Shown here: positions 37,201 to 49,660 of the stretch, piece by piece
Numbering within the stretch: the first letter of the stretch is position 1
Layout of the letters: the number at the start of each line of letters is the position of its first letter
Source: Gordius albopunctatus
Taxonomy: Eukaryota
Assembly: GCA_964276515.1 (NCBI GenBank)
Contig: OZ193909.1
Location: 19,530,001-19,594,000 of the forward strand
DNA length: 64,000 bases
Direction: 5' to 3'
The notes under the pieces: generated by a model
What the model saw: only the letters and a program-made list of their open reading frames with translations
Told to the model about the DNA's origin: nothing
Databases searched by the model: none
Made by a program: the position numbers and the translations under genes

Positions 37201-38121
37201 AGCACAGATTGTATTAACGCGCATATTAAGTTATCGCACTGCCGTAAAAAGTTACAACAATTGCAAGCATGCCTGCCAATTTATAGCAATCTAATGGCAC
37301 CCTTATCAGGTACAAAAAATGGCTTGGTCGCTGTGAACAGAATTTTATTCTCCTTGAGTTAAAAATTCAACTTTGTGCCCATCTAAGCTTTTAAGGTCTC
37401 TTATTTGATTATAATTTAACTTGCATTCAGATAATTTAACCTAGTGATTTTCTATGTTATGATACTTTATACAATATAATTGATATCTCGTCACTAGCAA
37501 AACGGACACTGCTTTAAATTTTATATAACTGTAGAAAGCACGTTTATTATCAAAAATATTAAACGTGCTAAATCTAATATATTTAGTATATTGGGCTTGC
37601 ATATTTCTATTCCATTTTATCGCCAAAGGAAAAATGTTGCTTTATTAACTTGGGACTTTTGCTGTAAACACTTTTCTACTTTCTTTAATAGTTACCTTTC
37701 CAAATGTCGAAAGGGTCGATGAAATAACAACCTGGTCGAGGAAAAAATTTATATTTATTGTTTTAAAATTCGCATGGGAGTCAAAATTAGATAAGCTGAC
37801 AATATTTCAATATGAATTTTAACCTTCTCTAACAACTTTAAACATCTTTAACAACTCTAAGTATATTTAAAATTTTATCGAATAATTATTATATAGTTAT
37901 TCGGGTTAGAATTAAACTGGTTTCTAACAAAAATCAGATAAAATCGTATTGATTCACCAACTCTTCTGGATGGCCAGGTTCGTATATTTTACTGCCGGAC
38001 TGTCTGCAAGAAGCCACAGTGGCGTTGAATGTTAATAGCGTATCCGTTTCAACTAAAATGCATCTGCTAGTCATGGGATAAAAATCATATTTTTCGGGAC
38101 AAGGATTCGGGCAAGGAGTTT
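19236..38121 (-). CDS. Multi-exon extracellular/membrane protein ('gene A'): two C-type lectin-like domains followed by six-Cys EB-like modules; middle and 3' exons incompletely resolved
   Basis: CTLD1 exons 37958-38121, 36656-36813 (AWIGI), 36232-36380 (NWKAGEP..DC..C..C). CTLD2 exons 35988-36151, 32018-32136, 31695-31819. EB-like phase 1-1 exons 31258-31407, 30803-30952, 30071-30211, 27646-27780, partial ~23732-23898. EGF-like end at 19236-19352. Signal-peptide-like sequence near 39030-39120. Confidence 0.72.
19640..23262 (+). mobile_element. Old RTE-clade LINE remnant interrupted by a MITE
   Basis: GLDGICMEAL, QFGF-like, LVFVDLEKAYD, MLYADD and KAYKSIVR motifs; 3' GATGAAGAAG tail; heavily degraded. 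Confidence 0.85.
20546..22269. mobile_element. hAT-like non-autonomous element with TTCGAATCGAA subterminal repeats, inserted in the RTE remnant
   Basis: TIRs TACGCCTAGGG / CCAGAGACGTA; 6/8 TSD GTGAAAAT / GTAAAAAG; RTE reading is continuous across it. Related copy at 24227-24850. Confidence 0.7.
25541..27488. mobile_element. hAT-like MITE hosting a nested hAT deletion derivative
   Basis: TIRs TAGGTCTGCATGGGCCG / CGGCCCATGAAGGTCTA. Confidence 0.6.
25847..27377 (-). mobile_element. Internally deleted hAT transposon retaining a BED zinc-finger ORF (26420-26641)
   Basis: TIRs TAGCGATGG / CCATCCCTA; 8-bp TSD GGTGCCAC / GGTGCAAC; CCCGGGAAA subterminal repeats; SDIWKHF..AVCNYC..SHIAKC. Confidence 0.9.
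28010..28342 (+). mobile_element. RTE LINE 3' fragment
   Basis: Similar to 22900-23260 (ATEMRMIR, GATGAAGAAGAAG tail). Confidence 0.7.
28440..29110 (+). mobile_element. Decayed CRE-like RLE-domain fragment
   Basis: KGRYSR..INKIIEKSLKQAG, EP, DGKRPD and WDFTVV parallel the C-terminus of the element at 942-4055. Confidence 0.65.
30546..30654. mobile_element. hAT-type MITE, CATGGGCGTAGCC family
   Basis: Degenerate TIRs; 7/8 TSD CCTATAAA / CCTATATA. Confidence 0.7.
32220..35248 (-). mobile_element. RTE-clade LINE copy 2 (same family as 12536-15851) with a tRNA-derived 5' head
   Basis: Colinear reverse complement of copy 1 from ATG 35088 to the A-tail at 32220; internal deletion around the RT core; stops. 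Confidence 0.93.
35174..35248 (-). other. tRNA-derived (SINE-like) head with Pol III A and B boxes
   Basis: Minus strand GCCTATGTGG-TGGCGTAGTGG(A box)-...-GGTTTGATACC(B box)-ACCTCTGGCA. tRNA length but degenerate stems. A related B-box fragment lies at ~20874-20900. Confidence 0.75.
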
Positions 38122-39929
38122 CTACAAATACATATTAAATAATTTGTAAATTAACTTTATAGCAAAATATTATTTAAAAATATCTGCTAGTCAATGAAGA
38201 TACGAAAATATAAATTGAGGACATTGGGTTGTGCTCCTGTTCTTTTAAACAATACTATTTTAATGTTAATGGCAATTACCTTTCTCTACCTTCATATACT
38301 TAAATTACTAAGGTGAATGTTTCTTTTATATATCAAATATAAAATTTTCCAATAAATGTTATGTATAATTATATTTTAAGGTGAATGTAACTTATTACAT
38401 ATTGTTAGGAACATTAAGTGTATAAAACCTATTTTGCAATATATGTCATTAAGATGTAAATTAAGTTCACATGATTGCTATGTCTTGGGAAGGTGATCAA
38501 CTAATTATAATTAAAACAATTTATCAATTTAATATCGCGATTTAAGTTTAAAGATATAAAACCAATACTCAATTAAATTTAATGATAATTTGATTTCAAG
38601 CCTTAAGCGATTCTATCATACTTTAACGGTTGTAACAGTAAATATTTGCTAGGAATTTTATAACTTACACAAATTAATTTAATACTAAAATTTACCCATC
38701 ATAGCCAATCTGGCTGTTTTGAATACGATGGATAGCCAAAAATATTGAAACCCTACATATATTAAGTTCATTCCGATTTTGAATAATGTTCTAACTCAAA
38801 ATGGATACTGTTCTAGAAAGATATTTTTATCTTAAAAATGTACAAACTTTGATTTGCTATAAATGAATGAGAATAGTAACGTAAAAAATATACTAATAAT
38901 TTGCTAATATAAAATATTAATTGAAATTATTTAAACCAATGTTAATTAGACCAAATGAAAGTATTTTATAATAAACTAGCATTCTAAGAAAAACTTCAAT
39001 GAAAGCCAAATATTATGTATAAAAAATTAACCTATAAAATCGTGCAGGGGAGATCGGGCAAAGCATAAGTAGTTGTACTAATAATATCGTGCTCCATAAA
39101 AGACGAACAAATAAAACTATTTTTATGGGAATATATTATCAAAGTTTATATTTATAATAGGAAAGTACTAAGTGTAGAAATTAAATCGTTTTTTTTAATA
39201 GTAAAAAATTTCAAGTAAGATATGGCGTTCAAAAGTAAAATATCGTTTGTGTTGTATATATATTCTTACCTAGTATATGTTTTGACAACTAAAAACAATT
39301 ATTATATTTTAAAGAATGTTCAAGTTTTATAATGCAAATTAAAAATAAGTTAAAATGACTACTGTACCCATTTTAAAATATTATCCATCATTTCCAAGAT
39401 CCTTTGCTTCCTTAAATTAGCTCACCAATACAAATTTAACTCTTTAAAAGTCTAAAGTGGTGCAAGACAAAAATTTAGGACAATCACTTATAAAGTGTGG
39501 AAATTAGAGTGCATATATTTGGCTTTTTCTAATGGACTTTATCTAAAAAGTTAAAAATAATATATATTTCCTTATTATCAACTCAAACATTTGTAGTTAC
39601 TACTCGAAATTTTCGCTTCGCATTGCTGCGCGCTAATCATGAATGCCCCGCGAGGGCCACACTTAACCTCTAACCATTAACTCCGATCCATATAAATCAA
39701 TGCAAGCTCATAATAAAATATAATAAAATGCAGAAATAATAGTTATCATTCGAAAGTATTTATAGAATATTTATATATTATATAAATATGTTGTTACTTT
39801 CCTTACATCCCAAAATCTTTGATTTGCTAGCGTATGAAAAAATTAGTAAGAAATATAAGAAAGCGACACAACATTGGCCTATTTTACACTGAAAAAAGAT
39901 TAGGAATTGAATTTTGTTTATAGTTTACC

Positions 39930-40455
39930 AAGGGAATGAATGTTACAAAATTAAATGGATCAGTGCAAAAAACATGAGGGATGTGTTAAACTTAAAACAC
40001 TCTAACTCTGTACCGTCAAATCAAAGACCGTTTGAAAGAATACTATAAATAATTATTTCCCACCATTGCGAAAGCAAGACCTATTAATGACTTAAAGTTG
40101 GAAGTAAGGAAGGAAGAGGTTGCCCAGGTGCTTTAAAAGTTGACCATGGTTAGAAAAGTGGGACCTGATAATATACCTCTGGAATGTTTTAAAAAGCTAG
40201 GGATTTTAAGTATACCTTTACCTGCAAAGCTGTTTAACATAATACTTGCAAGTGGTGTGATGGCTGATGAGTGGAGTGAAACCTATATTATACCAACTTT
40301 TAAAGTGAGGAATATGTGCAAGATTGCATAAACATCAAGGGGTAAAGTTAATGAGTCACGCAATGAAGGCAAGTTCGTACAAACTAGTCTTAGATTAATA
40401 ATCTCAATAAATGAACGACAATTTGGGTTCATGTCTGAAAAATGAACTTCAGCAA
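39930..40455 (+). mobile_element. RTE LINE internal fragment
   Basis: VGPDNIP, LFNIIL, QFGFM; homologous to ~14150-14725. Confidence 0.85.
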
Positions 40456-40889
40456 TTGGAAAGAATTTAATAATGGCTCGCTATGGGCCAAGCTGTCAAT
40501 TAATCATGTAAACTAATTACTTAAAGAATGATATATATTAGAACACTAATTAATTGCTCAGGTCGCTCCTTGCAAAATTATATATAGTGATGTGGAGATA
40601 TTAAAAGATAAAAAAGCAACCAACATTCACACAAATCCAAACCTTATTCATTATTCATCTACACGATTATATAAGGAAGAGTTAACATCAGAACAAATTC
40701 AACTTATAATAACAGAGACCTACAAAAATATCATCTTGCAATCAAACCTATGGTTCTGATAGAGAATTTTGCGCTAAATAATAATATGTTTTTAGTTTAT
40801 TTCCAAAACTTCCAGTTTTCTAGGAAAACGAGGTTGAAGGTGCAAAAATGCCCATTTTACGCTTTTTTGAGGCCCAATTGCCACAACTA

Positions 40890-43550
40890 AGGAAATAATA
40901 ATGGGAAAATCAGGAATAAACGGAAAAAGGGGAAAAAACGAGCAATATAGATAAATTAGTATAAAAAAATGTTAATGAGTATGATTGTGACTAACTAAAT
41001 TTATTTGTCAAACAATTTAAAGAAGCAAATACAAGCATATCATAATTAAATATAAATCATAGTCATAAATTTTCAAAATCAATATTTTTGTTGAGTGAAG
41101 ACATTGACTCATCAGAAGATAATACCAAAAATGTCTTTTTTGAATCGAAATTTATGGTTTCCTTTAAATGTATGTTATGCCTAATAGATACCAATTTCTT
41201 AATTATTTCATTTTTAATTCGATTACGAGATTATGAATGAACATTTTCAAAGGTGTAACATATCCTTTCAGTTGCGTGTTGGGATAGGAAAAAGTCGTAT
41301 AGCGACTGCTGACAGGGGTTAATCTATACACAAACCTTTCCACCATGTTAGGGGGGAAGTGTATTCGACACTTTCCCTTATATATCTTTCCGCGAATAGG
41401 CCGTGTTGAGCAAGTTTGCCCCTAAATGAAATTGTTTAGAGCAAAATAGTTTTCGCTTGTTGATACATTTCTTGATAAGATTTGAATCAAAAAGGCTAAA
41501 TTCATGACTACAAATATCATTAAAATTGGTTTTAATAATGTAAAAGGCTTCCACAACATCAGACAAAAGCCCAAAATAGCTTTCAATTGCTGATATTTTG
41601 CTTAAAGTTATATGTAAAAAGGTAATAACTTCTTTTTTTGTCCCCAAGAGCCTTCGTTGTCGAGCAATATTTGACTTTTACTTCGATCGTTGAAGCTTTT
41701 ACTTATGGCAAGGCCTTGCACCATATCTTGGATATAAGACTCCCTAGTATTAACACAACATCACCCCATCTTGTAGGGTAAGGAATTTTTCAAGGTTACC
41801 ATACGGTTTTTTGATGATTATCTTTCTTTTAATGTTGAATATAAAATTCCGCTGAATTTAATGTATTTTATAAGCCTTTTGGCTTTGACTACAATAATTT
41901 GTATTGATGTTATTGTATTGCATAAATCCTTAATCAGTAAATTAAGGCCATGAGCAGCGCAGCCGAAACATTTAATAGAAGGGGTTTCCACTTTCACCAG
42001 TCCCCAAGCTTTTTCCATATTTTTAGCATTGTCAGTCACAATCGCAATAAACTTTTGAGATCCAATCTCTTGCATTACTTTTAAAAATTCCCCAGATAAG
42101 TATTCTCCAGTGTGATCATTAGATCCTGTATCAATAGATTTAAAAAAATAGGTTTAGGGGTCATTATAATAAAGTTTATGATTGATTCTCCTGTTATATT
42201 AGTCCAACCATCACTTACTAATGTAATAATTGAGGCAGAGTTCAATTTTTTTATTTATAATCACTGTAATCTTGTCAAATTGTTTATTCAACAATGGACC
42301 TCCTATTGCTTTTCTTGAAGGGGGTTTGTAAGAAGGTTTTATAAATTTGAAAAATTCTCTTTAATATGAATTATCGGTAATATTGAAGGGACAGTTAGAC
42401 ATGAAAATAACCAAGCTAACCTTTCATATAATTTTTGTTGCTGAGATTGAGTCATGCTATCAAAGTATTGTATAATATTGGATGTTGATTGTTTTGGGTC
42501 ACATAAAGCAGATGTTTGTTGTATATGGCATTTTTCAGGCATTACCTCACAAATGGATGATTGTGGAGAGGGGACAATAAAAATACTTCTTGACAATCTT
42601 TTTTCTTAAAAAAATCTAGTATCAGATGATTTCTTTGCATCTTTTAATCGAAGAAACTAAGTTTAATTACATTAAATTTTAATGATTTGTTTTTAAATGA
42701 GTATATTTTTGCGAGAATCAAATTTTATATAAATTGAGTTTAAAAATATGGCACAAATCACAAGAAAATAAATGTGGCTAAATTCTTATTAAAATATAGA
42801 AGTTTAAATTTACTTGATTTAGATATAACAAATAATTGCATGTCAAAAAACTAAATGCTAACATAAATTAAATACCTATTTAACATTACTTGATTTTAAG
42901 TTAGTAACAAATATTTTCACAGTAAAATGGCAATAAATATAATAATCTTTCCGAAAAATTTAATTAAATATACAGCATATGTTAATTTTATCTATATGAA
43001 AAGAATTTTATACCAAATAACTAAATGATAATATAACTTAAAAGCTTATCTAGGATTATTGTGGTAATCAATTTCAGTGTGATTGCAATTCTTTAATGTT
43101 AAACAATTAGATGCTAATATAAATTAAATATCTATTCAACATTACTTGATTTTAAGTAGGTATATATAAAATTTTCAGATTCAGAGTAAAATGGCAATAC
43201 TAAATGTTAAGGGCTGATATTTATTCCCGTAAACTATTAGGAGTGTGATACAAAAACACGATGATCAAATCATAAAAAATGTGCTGGCGTATATATCCAA
43301 CGCCTTTATATGTTACAACCAATTAACGCTAATTGATCGCCAACGCGCATGTAAATAACATCGACACGCAGGTAACTATCGTATCCCTGGAGGCACTTTA
43401 CCTCTCTACACTAAATTTAATAGAATTTGCCAAATATTTAATGAAATCTACAAGCATGTGTAAATTTACCTTATATGGAAAAAATTTTATATCAAATAAC
43501 TAAATGTTTATATAACTCAAAAATCAAAATAAGATATGAATTAAATCACA
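40890..43550 (-). mobile_element. Decayed hAT transposon with transposase pseudogene (same family as 25847-27377), termini lost
   Basis: SDGWT, VTDNAKNMEKAW, CAAHGLNLL and a C-terminal dimerisation-like ATERI..F..VH..RNR; flanks colinear with the deleted copy. Confidence 0.88.
43205..43410. mobile_element. Solo LTR (206 bp) inserted in the hAT element
   Basis: TGT...ACA termini; perfect 5-bp TSD CTAAA (43200-43204, 43411-43415); absent at the homologous position of the other hAT copy (~27040). Confidence 0.8.
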
Positions 43551-46500
43551 CTTATTTCAAAAGTTTAAAAATGTCTCACATCGTCAACCCGGCTATTAGG
43601 CCTGGCCGAGCGTTCCCCCCCCCCCCCCCCCCCCATCAAAGTCCCCTATGAAAGTTCAGAAAAATAAAATCTCTAAGGCCTCCTCCTTGCGCATGGTAGG
43701 CCCCCTTTCATGTGAAAAGTCAACGAGGGTCACTATATCTTGAGCAAATGGATGTTTTTTATAGAAGCTAGTTCGCTAAGGACAAGATTGAGAGTGGGCT
43801 CGCTGAATGTCAGAACGATGACTGCAAAATGCCGACAAGTTGCTGACACCCTCAGCAAGCGACGGGTTGATATAGCATGTATACAGGATGACTCCTCAAG
43901 TCCTAAACCACAACAGAAGGAAAGGCGCAAAAGCGAGAATGATAGGCAACGGCTAAAAACTTATCTTTAATGGCCAAGATACGAATAAAAATGGATTGGA
44001 AATAATATACTTCTCGCATCTGTAAGATAGAGCCATTGAGGTATGAAAAAGTGGCCGACTCCTGGTGTTAAAACTTTGCATTGAAGGTCAAATGATTAAC
44101 AAACGGGATTCACAGATAAAGAAAAGGAAGATTTTTGATTTAGGGGGGAGCGCGGTTATACCAAGTGAAGCTATTGCATCCCGCCATAGACTTGTTGTGA
44201 TGGAATATGTCATCTCAAAGGCGAAAACACAGAAACCTAAGTAATTAAATGGGAAAATCAAGTTTTGGCTTCTAAATTCGAAAGATGCTTACAATGATCA
44301 AATAATTAAACGGCTGTAAATAGATGATCATCAGAATGTTAAGGATATGTGGAATAAAATAGCTAACACGGTACACTGAGTAGCAAGATGTGTTCTAGGA
44401 GAAAGTAAAGCAGGTATACAAAATATAAGAAAAGTGGTAGAACAAAGACGTGCAACGCTTAGTAAAGTTGAAAAGAAAGCTTTATAAATTATGGTCAGGC
44501 CAAAGATATGATGAAACAAGATTGGCATATGTGAAGGCTAAAAAACGATGTGTGGCCAAGGCTAAAACAAATGTCTGCGATAATTTGAACGTCCAGTTAA
44601 CTAGGAAAAAAAGGGAAAAATGATCTACAAAATCACAAAGATCGGGGCAAGGTACTCAAAGTATGTTTTTAACTTAAATATCATAAAGAACAAGGAAGGC
44701 ATTACTCTATCTGGACCATCAAATCATAGATCGTTGGAAAGAATACTATAACTATTATTAAACAGTGAAGATGGGTTATCTATTCACTGCGAAAGCTAGA
44801 ACCTATGGCCCAGAGTTAGAAATGACATAATGAGATGTTGACCAGGTGCTTTTTTAGGAAGTAAATACAAGAAGGATAAAGTAATAATTACTTTATTGTA
44901 TATCCAATACATACATACATATATATATATTAAAGTAAATTGTTTGCGAGAAAAGTAAGTGAGTAAGAAGTGTTTTAAACTCCTTTATATACTCGTGAAT
45001 TAAATGAATAAATAAATTAAGTTTTGTGGTGCCTCCGCGAAGTATAAATAAATCAATTACATTTAGTAGTGAATCCGCGAGGTGTGAATTAAGTTCCAAA
45101 TCAACTAAGACAATGGAGGCAACAAATATTCCGCTGGGTAAAAACGGAGTTCATATAAAATTAACAAACTTTTTGGGCCAATGAACCTGTCGACCAGACT
45201 TGGTAATGGTTGGGTTGGGAAGTGGTACGCTAGGTTTTGTGGAAGGTTTTGTAAAAGAAACAATGGTAGGTTGGTTTAAATTTTGGGTCGGTGAGTGATT
45301 TTTTGCTTTGGGTGAATTTGGGTCAACTGATGCATTCGGGTCATCAACCTTAGGCTCGAGGAAAGCTGGTTTTAATCGATCGATCGAGACAGTGTCTTTC
45401 CTCCCATTGTGGTCTATGATAAACTATTTAGTATGTTCTTCAATCACTTTGAAAGTTCCTTCATAGGGGGAACCAAAGCTTTGCGTAGCCGATCAGTCCT
45501 TATAAAAATATGAGTTGATGTAAATAAATTTTCGGACATTTGTTGTTTGATGTTTGATGGTCTGGAAGGTGTAAATCGTACATCCTCGAACTGCTGTCTC
45601 AGGCGTTGGATGTAATCGGCGGCGTTTATGTCGCAATCCGAAGGTTTTAAAAAATCTCATGGGAGTCGTAAAGAAGTACCGTATACCAACTCCGCGCTTG
45701 AACAGGCGAGGTCTTCCTTTACGGTGTTGCGAATCCCTAGGAGTACAAGGGGAATAAGTTCGGACCAACGGGTAACGTCACCTTTTGTCATGATTGAACT
45801 TTTGAGCTGTCGGTGAAATCGCTCTACCATCCCATTGGCTTGTGGATGGTAAGCTGTCGTAGTGATATGATGATACCCTAATAAAATAGATAATTGTTTA
45901 AGGAGGGCAGATTGGAATTGCGGTCCCCGGTCCGTGGTTAATGTCGCCGGAACACCAAAGTTGGCTATCCAATGTGTCAAAAATGTGCGTGCAACGGTTT
46001 CGGCTGTTGCGTCAATGATGGGAATTGCAATCGGCCATCGGGTGAAACGATCAAAGGCAGTAAAAATATAAATTTGGCCGTTAGAAGGTGGTAATGGTCC
46101 GACGAGATCTACATGTACGTGGCTAAACCTTGCGTCTGGTTGAGCGAACGTGCCTGAGGTTGATATTACGTGTCTATTTACCTTGCATTTTTGACATTCA
46201 ATGCATTGCTTTGTCCAATCGCGTACATCTTTGTTCATTCCCGGCCAGACGAAACGTTGGGCAATTAGTTTAAGTGTTGGGCGTAAGGCTGGGTGAGAAA
46301 GATCGTGTAGTTAATTAAAAACTATGTGTCGGAGCGTCCTAGGTACTAAAGGTCTCGAAGTAGATGTAGATGTATCGCACGTAATAGTTAAATTTGTACC
46401 TGGAATTAAGCGTTGTTCCAGTTTAAGACTTTCGAGCTCTCTAGTTGATATTGCTCTTGTTTTTGTGTCATAACAATTCTTTCTGTGAGGGATGTGTTCG

Positions 46501-49500
46501 GTTGTTGGATGGAGTTTGGTTGTTATATGGAATCGATATCGATTCGGGACAAAGTGTCTGCTACTATATTCGCTTTACCTTTAATAAACTGTATATTTGA
46601 AGTAAATTGGGAGATATAGTCTAATTGTCGTATTTCGCGCGGCGAGTATTTATCGGGTTTAGAAGTGAGAGCGTAAGTTAACGGTTTGTGATCAGTAAAA
46701 ACTGTAAAATCGCGACCTTATAAAATATGTCGGTACTGTTTAATTGAAAGATAAATTGCTAGCAGTTCTCTCCCGAATGTACTGTATAGAGTTTGTGTTT
46801 TGCTCAATTTCAGGGAGAAAAAGGATAAAGGACTAATTTCCCCTTTTACGATCTGATGTAGAACGTCTCCAATGGCAGAGTTTGACGCGTCGGTTGTAAT
46901 AGAGATGTTGGCACCATCCACTAAATGATTAATGGTCGAGATTTTATCGAGCATTTTTTTAATCTTGTGGAATGCGTCGTGTGCGCTCTGCGTCATGTCC
47001 AAAGGTCTTTTTGCGTCGTTGAGGAGATCAGTCAGTGGTTGTAGATGGAGTGCACAGCTGAGTATAAAACGCCTGTAAAAATTTACCATTCCCACGAAAC
47101 GACGTAGTTGTGTCATAGTGGTCAGGGTGGCAAAATTCTTGATGGCTGAGATCTTCTCCGGTATTGGCATTAAACCTTGTGGGGAAACTTGATGTCCTAG
47201 GAAATCCAGAGAAGAACGTCTCTATTGGCACTTGTCCAGGTTGATCTTTCTATCAAAATCTCTTAATCGTGTAAGAACTTGAGGGAGTGGTCTAAATGTT
47301 CACTAGCTGCTGTACTTGCGATCAAAATATCGTCCAAATATGCGAAGGCGAAATTGAGACCATGGAGAGCTTGGTCAATGAAGCGTTGAAATGTTTGAGC
47401 AGCATTTTGTAAACCAAAAGGTATTCGCAAAAATTCATAAAGATCGAAAGGTGTGGTTATTGCTGTCTTTGCGATGTCTTCCAAGGCTACGGGTATTTGA
47501 TGGTAAGCTCTGACTAGATCTATTTTTGTATAGATGGTTGTGCCGGCTAGGTTGAGTGAGAAATCGTGCCGGTGTGGCAAGGGGTAACAATCCGGTATCG
47601 TTATAACGTTAAGGTCTAGGTAATCTCCACACGGTCGCCAATCTCCGAGAGTTTTTTTCGGAATCATATGCAATGGAGAACTCCGGGAGATTTCTGAAGG
47701 TTGAATTATGCCGAGTTCGAGCATATGAGTAAACTCCTGTTTGGCAATTTTTAGCTTGACAGGGTCTAAGCGTCCATGTCTGGCATAAACAGGTGGTCCT
47801 AGTGTGCGTATGTGGTGGACTACTTGGTGGCTTACGCGTGACCTGTAATTTGGAGGGGCATAAATCTCGGGGATCTCTTTTAAAACATTTTTAAAATACG
47901 GTGAATTGATCTTTATTGCGAGTTGTAAATTGTACAAATTCGAATCAATATATCGCCCATAAGACTTTAAAGTAGTCTTAGGGTCTAACAAACATTTGCG
48001 GTGTATATCAACGAAGAGGTTATAATGATTTAAAAAATCCGACCGGATGATCGGTGTCTTAACATCGGCGATGGTAAAAATCCATTGAAAACTTCTCCTT
48101 AACCTAAGGTCCAGTTCTATTGATTTATGGCCATAGGTCAGTATGAAACTATTGTTTGCAGCTTGGAGGCGGATGTGTGAGGGGGTGAGATAGTGGTTAC
48201 GTGGGGGTGGTACGACACTTAGTTCCGCGCCAGTATCTATTAAAAAACGAAATTTGGTTGATTTATCCAAAATAAAAAATAAGCGACTGATGTTATGGCC
48301 TGAACCAGGTGTCGCGGATTCTGGCAGGCCTATGGGTTTGACTAGGAAATCGGGATATAATTGCAAGGTTGTCGGCATTTTGTGGCCTTTTCCTTATATC
48401 TTTGGTGATACCAACACCAATCCTGGGGAACATCTGCGTAGGGTTGAAACGGGGATCGAAATCGCCTTGATGTAGACCTACTTCTCGACCGAAAACAATT
48501 TTTTTGACTGGCCTCTTGCCGTAATGGCTCGATACTCACGCTCAGTCTATTGACCATGTCTCTGAGCGTCTCAATATTGTTGCTTGATCTCTGTGTGGCA
48601 GGGGAGACGTTGGATTTTTGTGACGTATGGTAGATTTCCGCGATTTTATCAGATGCTTCAGGTAGGTTGACTAAAGTCTGGTCACTTGCACTGATCACCA
48701 AGATGCTGGCCATTTTGTTGTCTAGTTTTTCCAACCATAATTGTTTTAAAATGATTTCGTCCATTTTGGCGGTACCCAGGAGGCTTTTCATGTGTCTATA
48801 GAGTTGTGAGGGTGTACGATCGCCCAATTCCACGTTGAACAGTAGGTCGTGGAATCGTGCTTAGTCCGATTTTGTTGTGCGGTCGATGATAGCTGACCGG
48901 ATGGTAGTGTACGGAGCCTCAGCCTGTAGATTTTCCAAGTAATCTTGGATATATATTGTGACTTCTTGTGTGAGGCATTCAATCACGTATTCAAGTTTGC
49001 TAGACTCAGATTTTATTCATCGAATCGTGAAAAGGGCCTCTATCTGGACAAACCATAAGCGGCGATTTATACGATTGAAGGGGGTAATTTAAAAAACATA
49101 GCGCTTTCCGATTTAATTTGGACGTCATCAACTTGGTTGGTATCCATTTACAAGGTTGCGTATAACAAGGGTTGGGTAAGGGTAGGGTAGAAGGGGGCGT
49201 ATAAAAAGGGTGGGTCACCACTTTCAGTAAGTAAATACCAGAGGGATAAAGTAATAATTACTTTATTGCATATCTAATTAAAGTAAATCGTTGCGAGAAA
49301 AGTAAATCAGTAAGAAGAGTTTTAAACTCCTTTATATACTCGTGAATTAATTGAATAAATAAATTAAGTTTTGTGGTGCCTCCGCGAGGTATAAACAAAT
49401 CAATTACATTTAGTGGTGCCTCCACAAGGTATAAATAAATCAATTACATTTAGTGGTGAATCCGCGAGGTATGCTTGATTGGTCAATTAACGTCGCGAGG

Positions 49501-49660
49501 TAGTAAGGTAATATAAATATGTCAATTAAGTTCCAAATCAATTAAGACAATGGACGCAACACTTTAAAATGATCATGGGTAGAGCGGTGGGACTTAATAA
49601 TATACCTATAGAAGGTTTCAAAATGCTAGGGCCCTTAGATGTACATTTACTTGCAAAGCA
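43551..49660 (+). mobile_element. RTE LINE copy 3, 3'-truncated, interrupted by a Gypsy element
   Basis: Leader shared with copy 2; ATG 43648; RLRVGSLNV..RRVDIACIQ; RTE sequence resumes at 49562 after the LTR element. Confidence 0.88.
44853..49561 (-). mobile_element. Ty3/Gypsy LTR retrotransposon, CsRn1-like, complete but decayed
   Basis: LTRs 44853-45124 and 49222-49561; 4-bp TSD CTTT; PBS TGGTGACCC (49212-49220, tRNA-Trp type). gag LGDRTPSQL and CWYH..KC..PC (CHCC); protease LIDTGAE; RT YLDD; RNase H TDAS..RELLA; integrase DLVGPLP..HPQANGMVERFH. Confidence 0.95.
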
